Position numbers and translations under genes: made by a program. From a candidate division WWE3 bacterium UBA1397 (lineage in GTDB: Bacteria > Patescibacteriota > WWE3 > UBA101185 > UBA10185): a stretch of DNA of 57,991 bases. Position 1 is the stretch's first letter, and each line of letters opens with the position of its first letter. This document shows positions 50,062-57,991 of the stretch, in pieces. The notes beneath the pieces are model-generated. The model saw nothing but the letters and a program-made list of their open reading frames with translations, did no database searches and had not been told where the DNA came from. The stretch spans positions 6,448 through 64,438 of the forward strand of contig DBQJ01000021.1 in the NCBI GenBank assembly GCA_002305205.1, given 5' to 3'.

Positions 50062-51006
50062 ATGATATATACTATTTATCAAATTATTAGGACAGCAAGG
50101 CCCAGACAATGGCTAAAGAACGGAAGCATTTTTGCTGCCCCTGTACTGGCAGGAGTTTTGTTTGCTGATAATAAATTGTACCTTTTAATTCAGGCCTTTA
50201 CTTCATTTTGTATTCTTTCCTCCGGAGCATATTTTTTAAACGATATATTGGATGCACCCAGAGATAGGCAGCACCCTATCAAGAAAAACAGGCCCATAGC
50301 ATCAGGAGCATTATCTCCGAAAACCGCTTGGTTCTTTGTATTTATATTTATTCTTTCCCCCATAATTTACTCTTTTATTTTCCTAGGGACTTACTTCACA
50401 CTGTCTATGATTATTTATATCGTTATACAGCTATGCTATTCCTTATATTTTAGAAATATAATTATTTTAGATTCTTTGGTTGTGGCTTCTGGATTTGTAA
50501 TCAGGGTATTTGCCGGTGGTTTTGCATCAAATACATCTATTTCATCCTGGCTTACTCTAACCACCATAGGTATATCGTTACTAATGGCATTTGGAAAAAG
50601 AAGATCAGAGAAGACCATTCTTGCTAAATTGAGTACACCTAATTTTCAACCTGACACACGTGCAACATTAAAACACTATCCGGATAATCTGTTGGACAGT
50701 ATGATCACTATGTTTGCATCTTATACTGTTGTTACTTATTCACTTTTTGCTTTTCAGACATCCCCCAAAGGTGTAAGTAAAGTACTGTCTGATTTTCTTC
50801 CATCAATTTTAAAAGGACCTAAATGGATGATGTTAACTATTCCTTTAGTTATCTACGGAGTAGCCAGGTATCTCTATATTATTTATGAAAAAGGAGAGGC
50901 AGAATCTCCGGAGAGAGTTCTTCTATCAGATAAATCCATTCTATTTACTGTAATATTGTGGGGGGCAATGGTTATGGGAATTATTTATTTAGTTCCTTTG
51001 GGATAG
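50062..51006 (+). CDS. UbiA-family prenyltransferase (decaprenyl-phosphate phosphoribosyltransferase-like)
   Basis: RPRQWLKN and ND..D...DRQHP.K..RPIASG motifs. Confidence 0.9.
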   Translation: MIYTIYQIIRTARPRQWLKNGSIFAAPVLAGVLFADNKLYLLIQAFTSFCILSSGAYFLNDILDAPRDRQHPIKKNRPIASGALSPKTAWFFVFIFILSPIIYSFIFLGTYFTLSMIIYIVIQLCYSLYFRNIIILDSLVVASGFVIRVFAGGFASNTSISSWLTLTTIGISLLMAFGKRRSEKTILAKLSTPNFQPDTRATLKHYPDNLLDSMITMFASYTVVTYSLFAFQTSPKGVSKVLSDFLPSILKGPKWMMLTIPLVIYGVARYLYIIYEKGEAESPERVLLSDKSILFTVILWGAMVMGIIYLVPLG

Positions 51007-51013
51007 GTTGAGA

Positions 51014-51235
51014 TCAATTATCTTTATTTACCGTTTCAGTTGATTCTTTTACTACTTCTATTATTCTAATTACTTCCTTAATTTCTTGTTTAGGACATTT
51101 ACAATCAGTTGCAGAAAGGACTTGATTGTCTTTCTCCATCTTTATAACAGGCAAGGATACTAATGGTAGTACAAGCATAGAGAGAAGAAACATACCTAGG
51201 AGTGAGTCAAATGCTAATTTAAATATTTTATTCAT
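51014..51235 (-). CDS. Small hypothetical membrane-anchored protein
   Basis: 73 aa ORF coupled to the upstream gene. Confidence 0.55.
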   Translation of the reverse strand: MNKIFKLAFDSLLGMFLLSMLVLPLVSLPVIKMEKDNQVLSATDCKCPKQEIKEVIRIIEVVKESTETVNKDN

Positions 51236-51794
51236 TTTCTTCCTCCATCATATATTTAGAATCGGGATCGTATTCTGCTTCATGTGATTTTGTTATTTTT
51301 ATCTCATGATCTATATCAGATATAAATAATACAGTAATAACTATTGTGAATGTTAGGATAAGGAAAAACACCCAAGTATAAAGGATATTGAAAAAAGCCA
51401 TGAAAGCAGATACAGTCAGCATTAAGTATAGATAGGAAAGCCAAACAGCTCCTTTAGAATAAATATGGAATGAGTTTTGAATAAGAGAGTCAGCTCTGAG
51501 TGAAAATAATTTTGCAGTTAGGGAAGGTTTTATATGGGAATCATGAAAGATCAAGGATTTAATTACTATAATAATTAAACCAATTATTACGATTCCTGAC
51601 ATTGCCAGTATGGAATAAGAGTTTACCTCAATATAGTCATTTTTATCTGCAAATACTATTCCCGATGTTAAAATCTCAAAATCTGCATTTAAGTTTCTGG
51701 CTATCAGAATAACACTAATCAAACGGGACATGAACAACACAAGTGCAGGAAATATAGCTTCATCTATCAATTTTATTAATATGCGTGAGAACAT
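51228..51794 (-). CDS. Hypothetical 4-TM membrane protein
   Basis: Hydrophobic ORF. Confidence 0.7.
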   Translation of the reverse strand: MFSRILIKLIDEAIFPALVLFMSRLISVILIARNLNADFEILTSGIVFADKNDYIEVNSYSILAMSGIVIIGLIIIVIKSLIFHDSHIKPSLTAKLFSLRADSLIQNSFHIYSKGAVWLSYLYLMLTVSAFMAFFNILYTWVFFLILTFTIVITVLFISDIDHEIKITKSHEAEYDPDSKYMMEEENE

Positions 51795-51818
51795 ATGGGC
51801 TGATATGATATTACTACC

Positions 51819-53156
51819 ATGCTGATCAAACAGTCAATAAAAGAAATATTATCACGCCCGTACTTTTCCCTATTATCCTTGATGGTGTTGGCATTGCCAT
51901 TGATCGTTAGTAGTAATACTAATGAGCTGTTTGAGTTTCCCAAAACATATCTTCTATATGTACTGGGAAGCATATTGATAATGATATTTATCATAGAGAG
52001 CATAGTTAAGTGCAACGATATATGTATTAAGAAAGATACATTGGTCAGGAATACTTATTATCACTTACCTGTAATTTTATTTGTATCCTCAGTGATAATA
52101 TCAACAATATTTTCCTCCCATACCTATACTTCTGTATGGGGTTACTATTCCCGTGCAAATGGGGGATTAGTGTCTTTCTTAATATTTGCAGCAATATATA
52201 TAACTATAGTAAATAAGTTTAAGATCGGTGATTTTATCCAAATAAATAAAATAATAGCAATATCAGTTATTCCCGTAAGTATATTGGGAATATTTCAGTA
52301 TTACGGTATTTTATCTGATCCGGTTGTCAGAGTTTATTCTACTTTTGGGCAGCCCAACTGGCTTGCTCAATATTTGGTTATGATTCTTCCTTTTGTTTTA
52401 TATTTATTTATTAAAGAAAGTAAATATATATGGTTAGTGATATTTATAATGGGCTACTCTTGTTTATGGTTTACTTACTCAGTATCGGGTATCTTAGGAT
52501 TTGCTGTTGTTTCATTATCCTCAATTTTCGTTTTTCTAAAAGATAAATTATTAAATAGAAATACAATAATCAAACTAATAATTATATATACAATACTTGG
52601 TTTAATATCTTTTCTTAATCTGGGTATTTTTAAAGATAGGATTAATGATGTATTAATGGATATGAAAATATGGAATAAAGATAATACCAATGTTGGGTAT
52701 GAAGCTGATAGAGATACGGATGATATTAAAATAGATACTTCTATAAGTGAGGAATATAAAATATCAGACCCCGGTTTTATAAGAATAGGTTTATGGAAGG
52801 GTGCTTATAATCTTTGGGCATCCTCCATAAAAAATATTATATTAGGAACCGGTCCTGAGACTTTTCCCTATGAATTTCAGGATTACAGGATACTAAGTCT
52901 TAACTATTCCTCAGAGTGGAATTATGTTTTTAATAAGCCCCATAATTATTATCTGCAGTTATTATCCGAAATGGGTTTAATAGGTATAATCTCTTATGTT
53001 TTTTTAATAATTAGTGTTTTCAGAAGGATTCCTCATCGTTTAATGCCGGGTATGATAGGTTTTCTATTTACCAATATATTCGGATGGCCTGTTCTAGTAA
53101 CCTCGCTGCTCTTTTGGATTTATATTTCGGAAGACAGGAGAAAGGCAGGTGTATGA
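51819..53156 (+). CDS. O-antigen ligase-like (Wzy_C) membrane protein
   Basis: STFGQPN, GTGPETF and HNYYLQ...E.G..G motifs. Confidence 0.88.
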   Translation: MLIKQSIKEILSRPYFSLLSLMVLALPLIVSSNTNELFEFPKTYLLYVLGSILIMIFIIESIVKCNDICIKKDTLVRNTYYHLPVILFVSSVIISTIFSSHTYTSVWGYYSRANGGLVSFLIFAAIYITIVNKFKIGDFIQINKIIAISVIPVSILGIFQYYGILSDPVVRVYSTFGQPNWLAQYLVMILPFVLYLFIKESKYIWLVIFIMGYSCLWFTYSVSGILGFAVVSLSSIFVFLKDKLLNRNTIIKLIIIYTILGLISFLNLGIFKDRINDVLMDMKIWNKDNTNVGYEADRDTDDIKIDTSISEEYKISDPGFIRIGLWKGAYNLWASSIKNIILGTGPETFPYEFQDYRILSLNYSSEWNYVFNKPHNYYLQLLSEMGLIGIISYVFLIISVFRRIPHRLMPGMIGFLFTNIFGWPVLVTSLLFWIYISEDRRKAGV

Positions 53157-53734
53157 AGAAGATATTAATTGTATTAATCATTTCTCTGGAATGTATATTT
53201 TTACATGTGGTAAGTAAATATTATAAAGCTGATGTTTTGTATATAAAATCAAAGGGTTATTTAAATGACTTAAAAGTTGGTGAAGCACTATCATTAATAA
53301 ATAAGTCAATCGAACTTAATCCTCATGAACCCAATTATCTTAAGGAAAGAAGTAAAATAAAAATAGTGTCGCTTATTTACAACAAATATGATTACGAAGA
53401 AAGAAAAACAGGTGCTTTATTTGATATGCAAAAATCCATTGAATTAAACCCAAATAATTTAGTAACAGCCAGGAATTTAATTCCCCTTTATTATTTTCTT
53501 TCTTATAAGGAATTATATTCCAACTCAAGTGATAATTTAGATGGGAAATATTTGAATATTGCAAGGGAATATTACAGATATATAAAAGAAAGATATAGAA
53601 ATGATGCCGGGGTTGTTTTATCTGTTGCAAGATATGAGAAAAAACTAGGTTTGAATAATGACTTTAATGAAAGCATGGAGATGATTAAAAAACTTAGGCC
53701 CGATCTTCTTGAATGGCACGAAGTGTTTAAATAA
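53153..53734 (+). CDS. TPR-repeat protein
   Basis: Two SIELNP repeats; coupled to the ligase gene. Confidence 0.75.
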   Translation: MKKILIVLIISLECIFLHVVSKYYKADVLYIKSKGYLNDLKVGEALSLINKSIELNPHEPNYLKERSKIKIVSLIYNKYDYEERKTGALFDMQKSIELNPNNLVTARNLIPLYYFLSYKELYSNSSDNLDGKYLNIAREYYRYIKERYRNDAGVVLSVARYEKKLGLNNDFNESMEMIKKLRPDLLEWHEVFK

Positions 53735-53743
53735 CCGGAAGTA

Positions 53744-54925
53744 TTATTCCTCTATAGATGTGTATTCTGAGGAAACCCAGCCGGTAAGAGTGGAAGAAAC
53801 CTTTATTTTTATCCATCCTGATTTTTCTTCCAAGACAGGATATTTTTCACCTGTGTTTACTTTCCCGATTTCTTTTCCGGATAAAGAGCCACTGTCCCTT
53901 ACTCTAAGCCATCCGTTCGGAGTTTGTTTAATAACTGCTGTTTTTCCTAAGCTAACATTTCCGGATATAGTTGATAATGCCTCACTTGCTTCTTTAGTAA
54001 GTCCCTTGCCTTCAGACAGCTTGCCTAAATACGCTCCTTTTTTAAGCTCTCCCATAGCTTTCCTATCCTCATCAGATTTAATAATGTTTCCGTCTTTATT
54101 GAAAATATTACCCTTGTAATCAAGGAAGAAATCGAAAACCTGATCTTTTATACCCAGGGAATTATCTATATTCAAACCTCTGGTTTTATTCCAATATACA
54201 ACTGCTTTGGCCCAAGATTCGGTGTCCGAATATATAAGCGGATTATCTGTTGAAATATCATATAGGTTTGATGAGTTCTCAAACAGAGAAGGTTTTTCTG
54301 ATACAGGATAAGGGAATAACTTTATACTTCCATTTAGAACATATCCTTTTTGGATGGATATTTCCGCAGTTTGAGATTCATAATTGGGATGGGATATTGC
54401 TATTGTATAATTCCCCGGACTTATGTTATCTGAAGAAAAGGGAGTTTTACCTACTTCAGATCCGTCTATATATACAGTAGCACCGGAAGGTTCTGATATC
54501 ATCCTAAGTGTGTTTCCTGAACCATTCTTTTCAAACCAAAACTCCTGTCCAGAGGAAAAGGTATCTGATACCCCCAAATCCCTTATCAAAGCAACCACAT
54601 GCAAGGTTCCGTTATCTGCCGGTATGAAGTTAGCGGTTGTTTGATACTGTCGTGAATCAGTTTTTATGGTAATTGTTTTATTCCCGGGTTTTAAATCTTT
54701 TGATGTATAGGGTGTTTCACCAATCTTTTCACCGTCAATGATTACTTCGGCTTGGCTATAAACAGTCTCAACTGTTAATCCAGCTTTACCGTTTTTATTT
54801 AAAATAGTTTCAATTACCTTTCCTCCGAAGAAAACGACCAGACCTATTCCGATAATTCCCAGAACATAAATCAAGGCTGTGGAATATTTATTTTCTCTGT
54901 TGTTAATGATAGTAGTTACTGCCAT
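53744..54925 (-). CDS. PEGA-domain protein with C-terminal bacterial SH3 domain
   Basis: Two IDG..IG.TP repeats; LRVR...GW...GWVS. Confidence 0.88.
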   Translation of the reverse strand: MAVTTIINNRENKYSTALIYVLGIIGIGLVVFFGGKVIETILNKNGKAGLTVETVYSQAEVIIDGEKIGETPYTSKDLKPGNKTITIKTDSRQYQTTANFIPADNGTLHVVALIRDLGVSDTFSSGQEFWFEKNGSGNTLRMISEPSGATVYIDGSEVGKTPFSSDNISPGNYTIAISHPNYESQTAEISIQKGYVLNGSIKLFPYPVSEKPSLFENSSNLYDISTDNPLIYSDTESWAKAVVYWNKTRGLNIDNSLGIKDQVFDFFLDYKGNIFNKDGNIIKSDEDRKAMGELKKGAYLGKLSEGKGLTKEASEALSTISGNVSLGKTAVIKQTPNGWLRVRDSGSLSGKEIGKVNTGEKYPVLEEKSGWIKIKVSSTLTGWVSSEYTSIEE

Positions 54926-54994
54926 GGTTTATATGTAAGTTAGCACGTGGATGGTAAAATATCAATATCAGTTGTTCCTTGTTATTCTTTTAAC

Positions 54995-55069
54995 GGCCTG
55001 GTCGCCAAGTGGTAAGGCAAGGGTCTGCAAAACCCTTATTCGCGGGTTCGATTCCCGCCCAGGCCTCCA
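54995..55069 (+). tRNA. tRNA-Cys (GCA)
   Basis: Cloverleaf, loop CTGCAAA, U73 discriminator plus CCA. Confidence 0.96.
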
Positions 55070-55095
55070 AGAATTATTTATTAGTTAATACCGGA

Positions 55096-56925
55096 ATGAA
55101 ATCTGAGGAAATACTGAAAAAATATTTAAATTATTATATTAGTAAAGGTCATAAACAGATACCTAATGTGTCCTTAGTTCCGGAAGGAGATTCAACATTA
55201 TTGTTTGTCAATTCGGGCATGTTTCCCTTAGTCCCGTACCTATCAGGAGAACCACATCCTTTGGGCAAGAGGTTAGTAAATGTACAAAGATCTCTGCGTT
55301 TTGAAGATATTGAGGATGTGGGAAATACAAACAGACATACAATAGCTTTTCATATGCTTGGTAACTGGAGTTTAGGAGATTATTTTAAGAAAGAACAGCT
55401 TCTTTGGATTTATGAGTTCCTTATAGAGGGTTTAAAACTGGATCCGAATAAATTATTTGCTACTGTTTTTGCCGGAGATGAATACGCACCTAAAGATGAG
55501 GAATCAGCGGAGATAATAAAGGAAGTTATGAAAAAATACGGAATTGATGCCAGCGAAGGTGTAAGAATATTTCCTTGCGGAAGAAAAGATAACTGGTGGC
55601 AGAGAGGAGAATCCATAGGGGAATTAGGAGGTCCTGATTCCGAAATATTTTATTATGTTGGAGAAGGAAGTTATGAAGGCAAATCTCCAAGTGAAAATCA
55701 AGATGAGTTTCTAGAAATAGGGAATTCAGTATTTATGCAGTATAGAAAAATAGATGGGGGATGGGAACCATTGTCACAAAGGAATGTTGACTTTGGAGGG
55801 GGTTTGGAAAGACTTGCTTTGGTAACACAAGGAAGAAAAGATATTTTTGAAACTGATAACTTTTGGCCTTTGATCGATAGAATACAAAAAATATCAGGAA
55901 GAGATTATCATGAAAGTTCAGAGGTAAAAAGATCAATGAGGATATTAGCCGATCATATGAGAGCATCCGTTATGTTAGCTATGGATGGGGTGCTTCCGGG
56001 TAATAAAGATCAGGGATACATTCTAAGGAGAATTATTAGAAGAATGATAAAGATAGGAAGAAATATTGGAGTGGAAAAAAATATACCTTCAATGCTTATT
56101 GATGAAACTGTTTCTATATTAAGTTGGCTATACCCGAGTTTGAAAGATAAAGAAACTGGAATAATAAATATATTTAGTACAGAAGAAGAGAAGTTCTTTA
56201 AAGTTTTATCACTGGGAATAAAAGAATCTGAAAAGATTATATCAAAACTGAATGACAAAGATTTTAATGATCCCGATAAATTAGCTGATTTATCATTTAA
56301 TTTATTCCAATCTTTAGGCTACCCGCCTGATATATTTCTGGAGGATATGAAGAATAAAGGAAAGTATATTGATTCAAGAGGTTTTAATAAGGCCGTAGAT
56401 AGTAAATTTAAAAAGCATCAGGAATTATCCAGATCAGGTTCTGAAATGAAATTCAAAGGAGGATTAATGGATCAAAGTGAGAGAACTGTTAAATATCATA
56501 CCGCTACTCATATACTTCAAAGAGGTCTTATTAACATACTTGGAAATCATATATGTCAGCTGGGAAGTAATATAACTAATGAACGATTGAGATATGATTT
56601 TCCTAATCCTGCTAAACTTACTGATCAACAAATTAAAGAATTGGAGAATTATTTTAACGATATTGTTATTAGAAAGATTCCGGTTAATTTTATAATAATG
56701 CCAAAAAGGAAAGCCCAAGAAATTGGAGCGATGTATCTTAAGAATGAAAGCTATCCCGATGAAGTTAAGGTATATTACATCGGTGATAGTATTGAAAAAG
56801 CTGTTAGTAAGGAATTCTGCGGAGGTCCCCATGTTCAAAACACTTCTGAATTAGGAGGAATAGAAATATACAAACAAGAGAAAATAGGGGATGGAAAGAT
56901 GAGAATCTATGCGAGATTTAAATAA
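55096..56925 (+). CDS. alaS: Alanyl-tRNA synthetase (short, no C-Ala domain)
   Basis: LLFVNSGM, FHMLGNWS, HTATH and EFCGGPHV motifs. Confidence 0.95.
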   Translation: MKSEEILKKYLNYYISKGHKQIPNVSLVPEGDSTLLFVNSGMFPLVPYLSGEPHPLGKRLVNVQRSLRFEDIEDVGNTNRHTIAFHMLGNWSLGDYFKKEQLLWIYEFLIEGLKLDPNKLFATVFAGDEYAPKDEESAEIIKEVMKKYGIDASEGVRIFPCGRKDNWWQRGESIGELGGPDSEIFYYVGEGSYEGKSPSENQDEFLEIGNSVFMQYRKIDGGWEPLSQRNVDFGGGLERLALVTQGRKDIFETDNFWPLIDRIQKISGRDYHESSEVKRSMRILADHMRASVMLAMDGVLPGNKDQGYILRRIIRRMIKIGRNIGVEKNIPSMLIDETVSILSWLYPSLKDKETGIINIFSTEEEKFFKVLSLGIKESEKIISKLNDKDFNDPDKLADLSFNLFQSLGYPPDIFLEDMKNKGKYIDSRGFNKAVDSKFKKHQELSRSGSEMKFKGGLMDQSERTVKYHTATHILQRGLINILGNHICQLGSNITNERLRYDFPNPAKLTDQQIKELENYFNDIVIRKIPVNFIIMPKRKAQEIGAMYLKNESYPDEVKVYYIGDSIEKAVSKEFCGGPHVQNTSELGGIEIYKQEKIGDGKMRIYARFK

Positions 56926-56940
56926 AGAGAATTTAGAATA

Positions 56941-56967
56941 TTGACACTCTGATATATTGAGTGCTAT
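56941..56967 (+). promoter_or_regulatory. CIRCE-like HrcA operator overlapping the groESL promoter
   Basis: TTGACACTC-N9-GAGTGCTAT; the left arm doubles as -35 TTGACA. Confidence 0.8.
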
Positions 56968-57017
56968 ATATTTCATGCTGTATTTAGTGTTCAAATATTT
57001 TAAGGAGGTAAGATTTT

Positions 57018-57323
57018 ATGTCAGCACCATTAAATAAAATAAAACCGTTATTTGATTACTTGCTTATAGAACCATTAAGCAGGGAGACGACACTTCCTTC
57101 CGGTATTGTTATACCCGATACTGCTAAAGAAAAACCTCAGGAGGGAAAGATCATATCCATAGGATCAGGTAAAAGAGATGAAAAGGGTAATAAAATACCC
57201 ATGGAAGTTAAAGCCGGAGATATTGTTATGTATAAAAAATGGGGAGGAACTGAAATAAAAGTTGAGGGTAAAGAATTCTTATTAGTTAAAGAAGAGGATA
57301 TTTTAGCAGTAATTGAAGGTTAA
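57018..57323 (+). CDS. groES: Co-chaperonin GroES
   Basis: IKPLFD and SGIVIPDTAKEKPQEG motifs. Confidence 0.97.
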   Translation: MSAPLNKIKPLFDYLLIEPLSRETTLPSGIVIPDTAKEKPQEGKIISIGSGKRDEKGNKIPMEVKAGDIVMYKKWGGTEIKVEGKEFLLVKEEDILAVIEG

Positions 57324-57341
57324 TTTATAGGAGGAATTTAT

Positions 57342-57991
57342 ATGGCAGCTAAAAAAATAATATATGGAGAAGATGCAAGATCAAAATTAAAATCAGGAGT
57401 AGATGCATTGGTTCGAGCAGTATCAACTACTTTAGGTCCCAGAGGAGGGAATGTAGGATTAGAAAAAAGCTGGGGAACGCCCCAGGTTGTACATGACGGA
57501 GTTACTGTTGCTAAAGAAATTGAACTTGAGGATAAATTTGAAAATATGGGAGCACAGATAGTTAAGGAAGCTGCTTCAAAAACAAACGATGTAGCAGGAG
57601 ACGGCACCACTACATCAGTTGTTCTATCCCAGGCGATAGTAGAATCCGGATTAAAAAATATATCTACAGGTACTAATGCAATGATTTTAAGAAAAGGACT
57701 GGAAAATGCCTGCGATAAGGTTGTTGAAGAAATATCAAAGTTATCCAAGAAGATATCAAGCAAAGAAGAAAAAGCTCAAGTAGCTACTATATCGGCTCAG
57801 AATGCTGAAGTAGGCAAACTGATAGCAGAAGCAATGGAAAAAGTAGGAAACGAAGGAGTAATTACTGTAGAAGAATCAAAAGGATTTGAACTTGAATTGG
57901 AATACAAGGAGGGAATGCAGTTTGATAAGGGATACGCTTCTCCTTATTTTGTTACTAATGCAGAAAAGATGGAATCAGTAATTGAAGATCC
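57342..57991 (+). CDS. groEL: Chaperonin GroEL (truncated by window edge)
   Basis: Manual translation [13 protein letters not shown]...TLGPRG...DGVTVAKEI...AGDGTTT. Confidence 0.97.
   Translation, partial: MAAKKIIYGEDARSKLKSGVDALVRAVSTTLGPRGGNVGLEKSWGTPQVVHDGVTVAKEIELEDKFENMGAQIVKEAASKTNDVAGDGTTTSVVLSQAIVESGLKNISTGTNAMILRKGLENACDKVVEEISKLSKKISSKEEKAQVATISAQNAEVGKLIAEAMEKVGNEGVITVEESKGFELELEYKEGMQFDKGYASPYFVTNAEKMESVIED

Noticed and set aside
55009..55095. N-terminal extension of AlaRS
   Set aside because: Overlaps tRNA-Cys; ATG 55096 is the plausible start.
57338..57763. 141 aa minus-strand ORF and similar shadow ORFs
   Set aside because: Antisense to groEL or other well-supported genes.
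1..57991. CRISPR array or cas genes
   Set aside because: No regularly spaced repeats seen; the long repeats are att arms and paralogous genes.

Overview
Low-GC bacterial chromosome segment whose gene content suggests a CPR/Patescibacteria genome (inference from the short AlaRS, DUF5659-like proteins and tRNA-Ile(UAU)). Housekeeping flanks: dinB 5' end, glycan genes, SRAP, suf operon, Xer-like recombinase, trpS, ftsH, tatD, alaS, groES/EL and five tRNAs. They enclose a ~23.5 kb island (10306-33863) made of three tandem integrative elements (A, B, C) stacked at the 3' end of tRNA-Asn. Each element ends in a large serine recombinase whose reading frame crosses its own att core (ATTGGCTC, 'NWL'), so each enzyme takes its C-terminal tail from its neighbour or from the antisense tRNA, and would gain a different hydrophobic tail on excision. 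The elements share a regulator-like/DUF5659/small protein/Rep-or-ATPase/integrase backbone and, by eye, contain no GATC. They carry recurrent pseudoknot-type RNA leaders that cover start-codon regions, two of them homologous with compensatory changes. Cargo includes a T-box-controlled LeuRS lacking the editing domain, a TerS-like gene, an HNH nuclease, a Clp-fold protease and an ArsR/permease cluster.
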